A stretch of DNA of 63,476 nt, filler included, from Octopus bimaculoides (lineage: Eukaryota): NCBI RefSeq assembly GCF_001194135.2. It is 7 parts of 7 records of this genome, joined end to end, with 100 filler letters (N's around TTAATTAATTAA, not from the genome) between each part and the next. Parts side by side here need not be neighbours in the genome. Positions count along the whole stretch, not along the records: positions 9,092 to 27,733 come from NC_068981.1; positions 27,834 to 35,483 come from NC_068989.1; positions 35,584 to 54,733 come from NC_069005.1; 4 more parts are not named here. One strand, written 5' to 3'. Shown piece after piece: positions 26,441 to 40,366 of this stretch; the first letter of the stretch is position 1; each line of letters opens with the position of its first letter. The notes under the pieces are model-generated. The model had not been told where the DNA came from. It searched no databases and saw nothing but the letters and a program-made list of their open reading frames with translations. Position numbers and translations under genes: made by a program.

Positions 26441-26869
26441 GCTGAAACCCAAGTAAACAACTACACCCAACACATTTTATTTCTGCGCAATGCTATAAAT
26501 AACGGAATTGAAGGAGAACGTTATAAATTAGTCTGCATAGTCTGCGCTAATTTGTTACGGGCTTCCCTCTGTATAGTTTATTTCCGTTACCACAGCTACA
26601 GCCTCGATACTTTTTCATCGGATCTCGCTTATTTACAGGAAATATAAGACAGAGGTAACGTTTGCCATATTTATAGTATCATAGCACGAACAGTTAAAAC
26701 AGATTATCAACAGAATACTCTTTCGAATATTGTTTCAATCATGTGTCACCGCGAGTCCCTGGGTTTAACTATAGTTACAATTACAACTACATTAGTCACC
26801 GTGATTGACTATATGACACAACTGTGACTATATCACACACATACGCATACGCACAAATGTACATATACG

Positions 26870-26900
<31 letters not shown>

Positions 26901-26944
26901 GTATATATGTATATATGTATGTATATACGTATGTCTATGTATAC

Positions 26945-26978
<34 letters not shown>

Positions 26979-27733
26979 CCTCACTAATAGCATAATAAAG
27001 ATACGGCTCAACAGCTTCATTCTTTGTATTATTTTCTGCTTTGTGTGTCTGCTCTTTCATTATATATCCACCTATCCTTTGTGATATAAAAATGTTCGTA
27101 TGTGTCTACGATTTTTTTTTAAGGATGTGAAACATTTGCAACCTATAAAACGAAGATTGTAAAACTACACAATAAAGAAGTTCATATTCATGTGTCTAGG
27201 TCAGGTCGCATCGATCAAAACTCTGCTCAAGAGCGCTTCGCTGTGTTTATTTTAATGTCATCATCTATAATACATTTAGAATGCCATAATCCAATATATC
27301 AATCAGTTACCTTTAATATTGCAGTACTTATCCCGTGTGGGAACGGACCGACAAATCAAATGTGCATACATATTCCAGCCATAATTCTGCATTTCTTTTT
27401 ATTTAACTTCATTTCAAGAGCCACAGCATCAAATCTAACTTCTCTAATGATGCTGTTTTATTTGAAGAATATTTGGCTGCTATTTCTAGCTACGAATAGG
27501 GGCTCTCTACTAACGCTATATACTGAAGCAATATTCTACTGCATTCTTTTGTGATGTATCATTGTATAGGAAACTGTGTAAAATCTAGCTATCCGGGTGG
27601 TAATGATTTTAGTGACAGACTATATTCTCAATAGAATATCACTATTACAGTTCCTTTATAGATATCGATTTGTATACACATGCACATATATACATACATA
27701 AGCACATATTTACATATACAAACATATAATATA

Positions 27734-27833
27734 NNNNNNNNNNNNNNNNNNNNNNNNNNNNNNNNNNNNNNNNNNNNTTAATTAATTAANNNNNNNNNNN
27801 NNNNNNNNNNNNNNNNNNNNNNNNNNNNNNNNN
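27734..27833. other. Synthetic 100-bp assembly linker
   Basis: 44 N + TTAATTAATTAA + 44 N. Confidence 0.97.
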
Positions 27834-28134
27834 CACATGGGGTGTGCAAGATAGAAAGTGTAGTGTATATGAGTTGTTTTGTTAGTGTGAGTGAAGAGAG
27901 AGAGGGAGAGAGAGGGAGGGAGAGAGAGAGAGAGGGAGAGAGAGAGGGAGAGAGAGAGCGAGCGATAGATAACAGATTTTAAAAAAATTTCCTCTTTTTA
28001 GTGTGTGATTGACAGACAAAAGGGGACAGACAGTGGTTGTTATGTATGTATGTGTGAATGGCTTCAGTCACACACACACACACACACACACACACAAGAA
28101 CATGTGTGTGTGTGTGTGTGTTGCCTGTATATAT

Positions 28135-28262
28135 ATACACAATATAAACGATATTCTCCGTTTCTCCACAACTAATCTCCAAATTAGCTGAATCCATTGC
28201 TCTACTCATTGCGACATATAGCTGGTCGCGGGTGAACATGGGAGAGAGCATAAGTGACCACA
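28135..28262 (-). mobile_element. Helitron Pif1-like helicase C-terminal remnant
   Basis: LSPMFTRDQLYVAMSRAMDSANLEISCGETENIVY resembles the Helitron RepHel C-terminus (PVFSHGQLYVA.SRV...T.NIVY). Confidence 0.75.
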
Positions 28263-28535
28263 ACAAAAATATTAAGTGCTGACTGTACGCGTAGACACGG
28301 TCCTTCGCAAATGAGCAGCTATTATTTTGTAAACAATGTTTCGAAACTGTTCATGTGTTTGGAAGGAGAGATCTGACTTTCACATCTCTGCGGGAGAAGG
28401 TATGCCTCTCTGTTCCACTTACAAAACTTACGTCCGTGTGCCAAATTTGCCTCAGTTGAGGGCATTACTCTGGTAGAGGATGGCGGTGGGAGAGGGGCAG
28501 GGAAAGGGCGTACAAAAAACATGTGTGTGTGTTGC

Positions 28536-28579
<44 letters not shown>

Positions 28580-30590
28580 TTAAGATTTAGTTGAGATCTG
28601 AACGAAGGAGAAATTTTGGTAACTAGAAAGAATTCAACTTTAATAATAATCCATTATATACGAGGATATAATTGAAATTAATACATCGCTTAAGTAACAA
28701 AAATTGGTTTCCCAATATATTAATCTATGATAAAAGAGACGGTGTCTAACCATGATGTAAATTGGTTACGTATCTAAAATTTATTACACTAAAACTTTAC
28801 TTTCTTCCCTTCCGATTCAACAATATCGGTAATGTATAGGATCAAAGGAATCAGTGATATTCATTCAGTACGAACACTGACATTCTACACCTCACCTCAA
28901 ACAGCATAGCAAACGAATCTTTCATTATACACCGTTTTCAGGATGGAAATATTTATAAACCAAATTCTATTATTTATATGGTTATTTAAATAGAGGTTTT
29001 AAAGTATTTGAAAGATCTTTCCTAAAGCATTTTTGATGTCACTTATATTGAATTTCATTGGACATTGCAACGGCTCCTTTATTTAGTAATCGAGATAAAA
29101 GCAGTGGAGATACTTTATATATTTATAATTCTAAGTATACTTGCATTTCGTTTGAACAATAAAATCTGAAGTGTGATTTTTGTTTTCTTTTGCTGCGACT
29201 TGCCAAACAGCAGCGAAAACGTTTATCTGCATAACAAAATAAAAATGTCTCCTATAACTCTGTGTAAAATGAAACTGTTGGTTGCGATACATATGCTGTA
29301 TAATCAAAATTATAACGTTCATTCTTTACAGTATTCAATTAGTTTATAATTTTAAGGAAACATTTTGTGCTTAATATTAAGAGCGATACATAAATGCAAA
29401 TTGCAACGCACTGTAACTAGTGATTTTTTTAATAAGTTATTCAAGGAAAAGTTTTATTCACAATTTTGGTGGTAATCGCATTAAACCAGTGGTCCATTGC
29501 CTGGAATCGCATGCATTCTTCTCAGCAATACCTGAGAAGTAACTAAGTAAAAGAAGATAAGCAGCAATAGACGCAATCTGACAATTTGTAGTTTTAGATC
29601 AAATGGGACTGATTAAGTATAATGTATTCAATAACATCTAATGTAAGTTGTGTTATGAATTCAATAACGTCACATCTAATTGTTATAATCTGGTAAACAA
29701 GATGCTCTGGTTGACTATATAAACAGAGTTACATGATACTGAGACAACCCACACAGAGAGCTACAGTTTTCGTTGAAAGAAATACGTAAAAATGTAATAG
29801 CTGTACATGTTACTGCAATGTTATTGTTTGATAATATTCGGAGACATGAGAATTATGCACACACCAGCGCGCGCACACACACACACACACACGCACATAT
29901 ATATATATATGATAAAAGCACAAAAAGTCTTAAAATACATTTGACAAATTACATGCAACAACATGGCTATCATTCTGATACCTCTTATTAAAATAGACAA
30001 TTAACGTCTAGTTTTTTTTTTGTGACGACAATAGAACTGTTAATATAATAAAAATGGTGATGTAGCAGAACGTAAATATTTGAAGTGTATTTTTGAACAT
30101 GGTGCTTCCAGATAGGTATAATTCGGTTATATACTAATATAGTTTCATAGGCCATATTAGGGTAGTTTTGATAAGAACCACACAAAGTTAATGTGGACAG
30201 TAATCAACAATTACTGCTATACAGAAATTTCAAGGTAATAAAGAAGTAAACTAAGGAAAAGCATTAACAAAAAAAAACAAAAAAAAAAACAAATTCGTGG
30301 TAAAAACGATCACTCGAATGTAAATCAAATGCATCCCTTTAAATACGAGTTTATTGCTTTCAGTAAAAATATCCTTCATGAAAAGCGAGTAGTAGTTCAA
30401 ATAAAATAGAAATGTTCATTCATAATAAGTTTATTCATAATAAGTGAATCAACCACATTGAGATGAGAGGCTGTCATTATAAATCACGGAGGCATACATC
30501 TCGGATAATACAGTTTATCCACTGTATGTAGGGATTTAAATGAAAAAAAGAGATGATACAGACAATTTTTTATATTTCCATTTCGATAAA

Positions 30591-30960
30591 TGCGAGATGG
30601 TACCCAAAAGAAACCGGAATTTTGCGATATTATTCTATTCACTTAGTTTTACATGTTTACACTTTTATTGGCTTCAAGGCATTCTTTATTTGAAGCAATG
30701 CATTGGTCCAGATGCATTTCCAACTATTCGAAGCAGTGCTGGAGCTCTTACGAAGAGATGGGCTTTAAAGTCTCCGTCGTTTTATTCTTCACCGCTTCCA
30801 CATCTGCAAATTTCCTAGCACCATCGTTCTTCAACAGTAATGATCTTCGGAAATGGGTCCAGATCAAGTTCAAACTGTTCACGACACGCATTCAGTCACG
30901 CATTTGGTCTTCAGACACGCATTTGGTCTTCAGACACACATTTGGTCTTCAGTGAGCAAA
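30591..30960 (-). mobile_element. Mariner remnant, 3' end
   Basis: Minus strand RFADVEAVKNKTTETLKPISS*ELQHCFE...DQCIASNKE matches the mariner C-terminus. TIR-like cgagatggtacccaaaagaaaccggaat. Contains a 19-bp triplication at 30897-30952. Confidence 0.8.
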
Positions 30961-31254
30961 CGAGGCACAAATTTGATTAAGGGTCGGTTACTTTTGGGTA
31001 CGTGAATGCTTCTATATATCGTATAACTAATGTTGGTAACTAATCGCATATTAACAGCTGGTTCGATGAATACCTTGCTAGTAAGTTACCAGTTTTTTGT
31101 AATTATGCTAATGTATATGTTACAATCAATCTATAGTACATTATTAAAATCAAGTATACGTACCAAAACATTTGCACACTCCATTTTGAGAAATATCCAT
31201 CAGTATATATATGAGTAAACGAATTGGTACACACATACACACAGGAATATATGC

Positions 31255-31281
31255 GATTGTTGCAAACTGAAAGAAGCCCGT

Positions 31282-31324
<43 letters not shown>

Positions 31325-31535
31325 CTATGTGCATATGTCTTTGTGTCTGTCTTAGTTCATGACCTCCGCTTGACAACCGGTGTTGGTGTGTTGACGTCCA
31401 TCTAACTAAGCGCTACTCAACAAAAAAGAGCAATAGTATAAATACATGGCTTTAAATAAATATATAAATACTGGGGTCGATTAATTCGACTAAAGCGGTT
31501 CCCCACCATGGCTACCCTCTAATGACTGAAACACG
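31255..31535 (+). mobile_element. SINE family B, degraded
   Basis: gaaagaagcccgtc...gcttgacaaccggtgttggtgtg...actggggtcgattaattcgactaaa...atgactgaaac. Confidence 0.8.
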
Positions 31536-31959
31536 TAAATGACAAAAGATATCTAACTATCTGTTCATCTATTAATCTATCCATCTAGCAATTTATCTAT
31601 ATATGTATGATACTATTTTGTTTTAGCATCGCTGAAAAACATACGGTTTCTAATTACCAACTGACTACGGTCACAGTTCCATTAATTTATGTATTGTACT
31701 ATTTATCTATTTCTTTTCAATGTCATTCCTTTGTATATACATACATTTATACCTACCTACCTACCTACTTACCAACCTACCTACCTACCTACCTACCTAC
31801 CTACCTACCTACATATATACATACATACATGCATGCACACACATACGTAAACACACACGCATAATACGTGTGTATCTTTATTGCGAGTTTCTGGTGGTTT
31901 TGGAGGCATGGTGCTGATTTTAGCAAGTGGCATTTTATATCATAATGAATCTCGATTTA

Positions 31960-32008
<49 letters not shown>

Positions 32009-33294
32009 CAAATGCATATACCTATGCATAACGTAATTATTTACACACATGCACAAGCAAACATACATATACACACACATGGACACAAAGAGACACATTC
32101 GCACACTTATACATATACGTTTTGTGATTCTTAGGCCAATGCTATACCTTATATGATTAAACTTGCGAGAGTTTGATAACAGAGAAATACATTGCTGTTG
32201 TACTATATATTTTTGTGTTAATTAACGAGGCAGGTTTATTGTAAGTTATGTAGATATCGTTTTTCATTTCCCATATTATTACAATAAGAATTTAGAAAAC
32301 ATACAAATATGTTTCTACTATGAAAAACAACAGCATATATATTCCATTCCGGCATAGCATTGTGTGTAGAATATATTGTGCAATGCATTTCTAAAGCAAA
32401 GGTTGAGCTAAAGAGTTCAGCCCCTGTCACAATGTTTCCTTATGTAACGTCAATTCATGCCCTTCTAATGAGGAAATGTTTCTGCATAAAATGCAACTTT
32501 CAACAAAAGGAATATATTATGGTATAAAATATAAAGTATGATAAGTCGAAATATTTTCGTATAAAACAATGTAGTTTTGTTATAGCCTATAACATTTTAT
32601 GCTAAAAATTCTACATATTTCTGCGTATGTCATGCTACAAAATATTAAATAAATATTTGGCATACACTACCTGTATGTTATATAGAATATTTTATAGGAA
32701 ATGATAATTTAAAATCGATTTTGTTTTTTATATTGAGAAAGTTAGCGAGGTATAATAATAAGCTTTACATTTACCCGAAATTTCTGTCGTAAAATAGTGG
32801 GTAAATAACTAGTTTCTTCGAATTTAATAGGCATAAAATTACTCTGTGAAAATAAATTTTTGAAGTAAGTTAAACATCATCGAACTGAATGTTTTAATTT
32901 GAATATTGGAAAATATGTGATGTACATATCTTACATAAATCATTTTGTATTATTGCTCACAGAACTGTAGTTAGAAGTTTCGTTTTATACGTAAGTTTAT
33001 CATTAAACATTAAATCGAATAGTTACACAGACGTAAATTTCTGATGAAAGTGTTAACAATTTGCAGCGTTCAGAATTTGCTATAAACAATATAATCTCAA
33101 ACGAACGTAATGCTAAATATGTGATTATGGTGTTTATAGAGAAAATTATAGATATACACGAGCATCTACAAACAGACACCTAACATATACAAGCGTCGCT
33201 CTTTAACACTTTCTAAACTTTACTCTTTTGTCTTCTTTGTACTTTCTCTTTCTCACTTCCTCTCTCTCTCTTACTTTCTCTCTCTCGATCTGTA

Positions 33295-33365
<71 letters not shown>

Positions 33366-33799
33366 ATATATNNNNNNNNNNNNNNNNNNNNNNNNNNNNN
33401 NNNNNNNNNNNNNNNNNNNNNNNNNNNNNNNNNNNNNNNNNNNNNNNNATATACATATGGATATACTTATGTATATACATGAAAAATACACATTGAGTAC
33501 ATAACACCCCTAACGGAGGTAAAAAAAACAAACTTAAACACACGAGAGAAAAGTACAGGGCAAAATACCAAAAGAAATGAATTCGCTCATCAGTTGCCGA
33601 CTGTTTATAACTACCCATTTCGCGCTTATTCCTACATATATATATATATATATATATACATACATACACATACACGTATATATGCATGTATGTACGTACG
33701 TATTATATAAGCTTTTTCGGTTATGTATGTATGTTTCACCACATAACTAGTATTTGCATTGACGCATCATCTCTAAGGGACTGGGGTAACCACTAGAAT

Positions 33800-33965
33800 T
33801 TCTGATGCAGGTGTCGATGTGTTTACGTTCTCGTAAACAAGTGATTTGGCACAACATATCGATAGATTCAGAACAAGACCAAAGTACTGGGGTCGGTTCA
33901 TTCGTCTAACAATCCTCCAGGCTAATGCCCCAAAATCTCCGCTGTCTGATGAATGAAACAAGAAA
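33800..33965 (+). mobile_element. SINE family B, degraded
   Basis: gtgtttacgt...agtactggggtcggttcattcgtctaa...tgaaacaagaaaa. Confidence 0.65.
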
Positions 33966-34109
33966 ATAAAATATACACAAAATGCATACATGCATTCATA
34001 CCCGCACACACACGCATATAAAATATAATTTATATATATATTATTTATATTATCACTTAATTGAAGGTCTTACATCCATTCCCAAGTAAGTTATATGTAT
34101 TTATATATA

Positions 34110-34400
34110 CAGTAATCCCTTGACTGTCGCAGGTCTTCCAGCCCACCCCATGATAGGTGAACATCTGTGAGTTAGAAGCAATACTGTACTGCATATGTTT
34201 TTTTAAATCATTTTTATAATCTGTACATATTTATTTCATTATAAAAATAAAGCAACAGACACTCGCCTCCCAAATTTCCTTTTCCATACAGTATGTGAGA
34301 TTCTTTGTTTACTTATCTACAGTACACTACGTATCTTCTTTCAATATATTTTAATTAATGTGTTATATAGTGCAGTACTGTACCGTATTTTTATTGATTA
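34110..34400. mobile_element. Possible pogo/Tigger-like remnant
   Basis: TA followed by CAGTAATCCCTTGAC resembles pogo-type TIRs. No clear partner TIR. Confidence 0.3.
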
Positions 34401-34584
34401 ATTTATTAATTTTTAGGCGAGAAAATGCTGATTTTACCATAGAAACAATTAAAACCTAAACTAATATAAATAACTATCGGCCGAAGAAATCCGTGATATA
34501 ATGGGGAGCACGAGATATAATTTTACATATATTAGCCTGAAAATCCGCGATGTACTTGGTGGACCAAGATATGGTAAGTGATTA

Positions 34585-34619
<35 letters not shown>

Positions 34620-34629
34620 NNNNNNNNNN

Positions 34630-34703
<74 letters not shown>

Positions 34704-35381
34704 AAATGAGAGAAAGAGAATGCGAAAGAGTTTGATAGATAAATAGACTGATAGATACACACAAAGACAGAGATATAGATAATTCAATAAAATGCATTGC
34801 AATGCATTAAATGCACCTACGGATGCACCCTATGTTCATAACACGAAATTCCGTGCATAAATTCATTGCTTGCACCAGCAAAATAGTACAATATTTAACA
34901 TGAAAACGACACTTTTACTTAACATTTATTTATTTCAGTTGGAAATATTGTCTTTGTGTGAGGAGAAAAATTTCAAATCATCGATTATTTGAAATTTTTA
35001 ATTTCCTCTCATCTCAGAAAATAGTGAATATCTACTAAGGAAAGCTTCATAATGTACAGCATTTTGAATAAATATTATCTCTTTCACCAATTGCATATTA
35101 TATCTATTTATCTGCATTTGATAAAAACACACAAACACACAAGCACACATAAATATATAAAGTATTTAAACTTTCAAACGCACAACAGAAAGCGCTGTAA
35201 CTTATCATAAATCTTGGGCGCGATAGTTAAGTTGCTCACAACACTTCTACGTTTGATGTATTTAGATAATGACGGTCATATCACCAGTTAAGCTACTGAA
35301 AGCAGTCAACGAATAATGTAGATAAGGAAAATAGAAAACTGTTAGAGCTCCGGCAAAATTTGCTGTGTATATGTGTGCGCC

Positions 35382-35418
<37 letters not shown>

Positions 35419-35483
35419 ACTTGGGGATGGTCATATTGCCAGTTTAGCCAATATGTATATATATAAATATATATATATATATA

Positions 35484-35583
35484 NNNNNNNNNNNNNNNNN
35501 NNNNNNNNNNNNNNNNNNNNNNNNNNNTTAATTAATTAANNNNNNNNNNNNNNNNNNNNNNNNNNNNNNNNNNNNNNNNNNNN
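35484..35583. other. Synthetic 100-bp assembly linker
   Basis: 44 N + TTAATTAATTAA + 44 N. Confidence 0.97.
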
Positions 35584-35880
35584 CTGGAAATAGAGATAAC
35601 TCGAATGTGGAATCTAAAAACAGAAACAATTCCTATCATAGTAGGTGCCTTAGGTATAATAAAAAAATATTCAGACAAATACATAACAAAAACACCAGGA
35701 CTTACAAATATATATAACATACAGAAAATTGCACTACTGGGTACTGCACACATTCTACGCAAAACACTTTCAATACAGTAAACATAAGAGCACCACAGCA
35801 AACCACAGCACATACCCAAGGCGCACAGAGCTGCGCTCGGTAGTGAAGTGAAAGCACGTTATAAAAATAAAACTACTGAA
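35584..35880 (+). mobile_element. R4/Dong-like LINE 3' end
   Basis: Open frame EITRMWNLKTETIPIIVGALGIIKK...IQKIALLGTAHILRKTLSIQ* (C-terminus of the REL domain), then a 3' UTR ending in (AAT)n. Confidence 0.9.
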
Positions 35881-35904
35881 TAATAATAATAATGATAATA
35901 ATGA

Positions 35905-36323
35905 CCAGGCATAGGAAACCGGACATTGTTGTGGTGAATAAAATAGAAAGAAAGAACATCTATGATTATGGACATAGCATATCTCGGTGACAACAGGATC
36001 AATGTGAAAGAAGAAAAGATAAACAACTACGAGGATTTAAAGTGGAAAGTACGAAGGTTGTGGTCAATAAAGAGAGTAGACGTGATTGCAATAGTATTAG
36101 GTGCACTTGGAAATATCAGCATTCAACTATCAACATGGCTGAAAAAGATTGGTGCAGGTGTGAAAGTAGAACACCTACAAAATTCAGCATTGCTTGTAAC
36201 TGCAAGAATTCTTCTCAGGATTCTTGAATCAGGACCAGTAAACAAGTGTCACCTTAGTCTGCTAGCTGTGGACAGCTGACACTTTCCATCATACCCAGCA
36301 AAATAAGCTGTGAGTTTTCATAG
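35905..36323 (+). mobile_element. R4/Dong-like LINE 3' end, second subfamily
   Basis: RHRKPDIVVVNK...IMDIAYLGDNRINVKEEKINNYEDLKWKVRRLW...IVLGALG, a PD-(D/E)xK REL endonuclease. (AAT)n on both sides. Confidence 0.9.
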
Positions 36324-36339
36324 AATAATAATAATAATA

Positions 36340-37040
36340 CTTTTTATTCATCACTAAAGGCTCGCAAAAACATTGGGGACGGTACAGGACAATACTATGT
36401 GGAGTTACATAAATAGAAACCCGTACACAGTAAAAACAAAATAACAAAAAGACAACAGTATAAACTTTGACGACGAAAAGTTCTTGTAAAAGAGGGAGAC
36501 TTCCTAAGGCTGTTAGTGGAGACCCCAGAAAACCACGGTCGCTCTGACCACTAGGGTAAATGCCCTCTTCACACCATTCTCTGTCAATCTACAGGCGCTT
36601 GCATAGAGTAGGCCCATTCACTCGTACTATTCTTGTCACATTCAGCCACTTTTCAGCAAATTTGCTGGGGAGCAGCACTTCCTTCTCTACCCTCATTTTC
36701 AAGAAGAATATATCTGTCTCCAGTCCTTTCAATCTGGTCGACCACACCACCTCTTTTGCTAAGACCACCAGACAAAGAAACACTGCCTGCTCTTTTCGAC
36801 CAAAGGAAGACGGTGGAACCATCTTTACATTAGGCTCAATCAATAGCTGGATCTGTCCTACTCATGACAGGTGTTCAACATAAATCCACTTTGCGCGCAT
36901 CTCGGATAAGCCCGGCTAACGGCACTTCCGTGCCTGTAGAGTTTATCCCAAACCCGCAATACTACCCGGTAGCACTGCCAGACCGAGGGTTTCTGAAAAT
37001 TATCCAGGGCCCCAGCCTGACAGTCCCCTGGGGAAGAACA
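36340..37040 (-). mobile_element. Tx1/L1-clade LINE 3' end
   Basis: Minus strand WQCYRVVLRVWDKLYRHGSAVSRAYPRC and FLCLVVLAKEVVWSTRLKG...FAEKW, homologous to the distal part of the 41520-42665 Tx1 copy. Ends in AATAAA followed by (ATT)n on its own strand. Confidence 0.7.
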
Positions 37041-37042
37041 GC

Positions 37043-38400
37043 ATTCAACATTCGAGTTACCTCTATTTCCAGGTCTATGTATTTTGAAAGTTTCTTCGTT
37101 TCTTTTAGAGAAACATTGTCATTTGTTGGTATTGATACATCGATTAGAAAGCATCTTTTTTCTTGATGATCTATGACAACTATATCCGGCATATTGGCCT
37201 TAATTTCTCAATCTGTGTGTATTGGCATATCTCAGAGTATGGTTGCTTTCTCATTTTCTGTGACCATTTCTGGCGAATGCCTATACTATCCTTTTTTTCT
37301 GTTGTTATTTCATAGTGTGGGAATAGCTTCCAGTGTATATAGGTCCCAAATCTGTCGTGTCTGAATATATTCCTTCTTAGCCAAGACTGGGCAGCCATAG
37401 ACAAAAGAATTTATTGTTTCTTGTCCATCTCCACATATTTTGCATTTACTTGTATTTCTTTTCATTACTGCTTTTGGTCATTTCTGGTGGGGAGGATTTG
37501 GTATTGTGCTGCATTTAAAAATCCTTCAGTCTCTGCTTTGAGTCCTGAGCTTCTCAGCCATTGTTGGGATTTTGCTTTGTTTGTTTCTCTTCTGATTAAT
37601 TTAACCCAGTATTTGTCATGAAGGAGCTTTTCTTGCCATCGTTTTATCATGATCCTTTGCTGTTCCAGTTTTAGTTTGGATTTCATTTGTTTTTTTAGCT
37701 TTTGTTGCTTCTTTTTCCTTCATAGTTGTTAGGTACTATGACTTCTTTTTTGTATTTGTCAGTTTCCTTATAGACTGAAAGCAGTTTTTTGTTTTGACAG
37801 TAGTCCTTCAAGCTCATTATTGTCTTTGCCATAGAGTTTTAAATCATCCATATAAAATAGACGACTTATTTTCTTGTCGCCAATTTTATATCCATACCCT
37901 GTTCTGTTAAGTTCACTTGTAAGGGGTATTAGAGCTATGTAGAAGATTAAAGGTGAAAGTGAGTCTTCTTGAAAAATGTCGCAGTTGATATTAATATTTT
38001 TTGTGGTCAGTGCTCTATTAGAGTGGTATAATTGGAAATTCGTATTCTGCGTTGACATGTGCTTCAGGGCGCTTGAAACAAGCAGGAGAAATTTTGAAGA
38101 TATCCAGCAATTTCAAGATCTATGAATGCGGTATGCTGTCGAAGGCCTTTTTATAATCAATCCATGCAGAACTGATATTTCTGCGTTTGTTATGGCATTT
38201 CTTAAGGAGCATGCGATTGATTAAGACTTTGTCTTTGCATCCATATGAGCCTCGTCGGCACCCCTTTTGTTCAGTGAGGAAAATATCGTTCTGTTCCATA
38301 AATTTGTATGTTTTCTCCACGAGGCTGGAGCTGACATTGCATACTCCTTTGACCCATGAATAACCACTAATGGACATGCTCAATTGGTTAAGGTCAAGCA
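37043..38400 (-). mobile_element. R4/Dong-like LINE, RT plus REL, with deletions
   Basis: QKGCRRGSYGCKD...AWIDYKKAFDSIPH; DIFQEDSLSPL...LFYMDDLKLY; WLRSSGLKAETEG; PDIVVIDHQEKRCFLIDVSIP...KYIDLEIE. Confidence 0.92.
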
Positions 38401-38554
38401 ATTAACAAGCAAATCTGTGGTATTGAGCAGAATATTTATTGTAGCCCATCTTCTTATACCAAAACAAAATATGTACATGATAACACTTCCAATCGGTTAA
38501 GATCAGAAGCAATGAAAGCTAGTGCCTGCTACTGCATTACGGCATTTATTATTT

Positions 38555-39175
38555 CTCTTTATCACAGGTTTTATTGAAGCTCATGGAGTTTTGCATGCGT
38601 AGCGGGCTTACTACCTGCGGCCTACGATGCCATGCTATTCGTTCTTTTCAGCTATCGAATACTTTCCTGATTATCCTGACTGTCCCAAGGACACAAACCT
38701 TTTGTAACAGTTCTACTGGGCACTCTATTCCAATTTCCTTTATATTTCTCTTGATGCCTTCTGATACTGTTCCCAATGACCCGACAATAATTGGCACTAT
38801 CTTCTTCTTCATTTTCCATAGCCATGCTATTTCGTACTTAAGAGTGTTGTATCTATCCTTTCGCCTTCCTTCTTGACTATTCGTGGGTCAAAGGATCATG
38901 CAACGTCAACTATATAGCATACGAGCTGCACCTTGTCCACCACCACTAGATACAATCTGTTATGATCTAGCACCTGATCTGTTTGGATTGGGAAATCTCA
39001 GAGGATTTTGCTAGTCTCCGACTCTGTCACTCTTTGCGGTTTGTGCTCATAGCACGTCTTGCCTCTCTCTAGCCCCCACTTTTCGCACAGTTTCCGATGG
39101 ATCGCTTTCGCTACCTGGTCGTGTCGCTACAATTTGTAGCTGTTTGGGGTAAGTCTAGGGCATCCATTCGTGAGA
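38555..39175 (-). mobile_element. R4/Dong-like LINE 3' end, degraded
   Basis: IVPIIVGSLGTVSEGIKRNIKEIGIECPVELLQKVCVLGTVRIIRKVFDS*, with upstream FPIQTDQVLDHNR. Confidence 0.8.
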
Positions 39176-40322
39176 TGGGCAATGGTTATAAGTATCTAGG
39201 AGTATAAGAGTCTGACAGAATTCTAATTAGAGAAATGAAAGGGAAATTAAGAAGGCGTACAACAGAAAGTTGAGGAAGCTGATGAAATCAAAACTAAATG
39301 GTCCGATTCTAGTGAGAGTTGCAAATACTTAGGCAGTATCGCTACTTAGATGTCTAGCAGTTTTTGTAGATTGAATGAAATCTGAATCAGCAAATCTAGA
39401 TAGAAAAACTAGGAAGGAATTCAATATGAATGGAGGAGTTCATCTTAGAGCAGGAGCAGTAAGATTGTATTTACTTAGAAAGGAAGGTGTAGAGGGTTAA
39501 TATCAGTAGAAGACTGCGTGGAGTTAGCCAGAGCAGATATAGCTTCTCTATGTAGGTAATAGGGAGAACATTTTAAGGGCTGCTAGTGTAAAATTACGAG
39601 ATAGGGAAACCAAAAAACCAACTGTAGTTAAAAGCTAAGAAAAAAAACAAGATTATCTGAGTGGTGAGAAAAATCTTTGCCTGGTATATTTCCAAAGATA
39701 GTTGCAGAAAATAGTAATAGTGAGACATGGTTATGGTTGCAGAAAGGCAAGCTGGGAGGATTGACAGAAATCTTGTCAGTAGCAGCATAAGGTCAGGCAT
39801 TGAGGACTAATTGGATAAAAGCCAAGATAGACAAAAACCATGTAGATTCTCACTGTATGCTATATAAATCAAAGGAAGTAAGTGTTACTCATATACTTTT
39901 CTACTCTAGGTACAAGGCCCAAAATTTAGGGGGAAGGGGGCCAGTCGAAAGGATGAAAGGTAAAGTCGACCTCAGTGGAATTTGAACTCAGAACGTAAAG
40001 ACAGACAAAATACCGTTAAGCATTTCGCCCGGCGTGCTAACGTTTCTGTCTGCTTGCTGCCTTATTGTTACTCATATAGTAAGCGAATGTAGTATGTTGG
40101 CGCAGAAAGAATACAAGAAAAGACACAACACAGAGAGAATAATCCACTGGGAGCTATGTAGAAAGCTATGATTTGACCATACTGATAAATGGTATGACCG
40201 TGAACCTAGTAATACCTACAAAGTAAGAAATATGTGTGATGTTGACATTCAGACTGACAGAGCATTAGAAGCTAGAATACCTGATTTAGTAGTAGTAAAG
40301 TAGTAGCGGCAGCGGCAGCAGC

Positions 40323-40366
<44 letters not shown>

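Noticed and set aside
26400-26455. Apparent plus-strand mini-exon (tttctccag...gtaaac)
   Set aside because: It lies inside the minus-strand mariner coding remnant just upstream of ITGDE.
27192-27554. 120-aa ORF
   Set aside because: No domain motif, AT-rich and hydrophobic by composition; probably spurious.
33940-33962. CTGATGA-at-GAAAC resembling a hammerhead core
   Set aside because: There is no room for stem II; it is a mutated SINE B tail (tgactgaaac).
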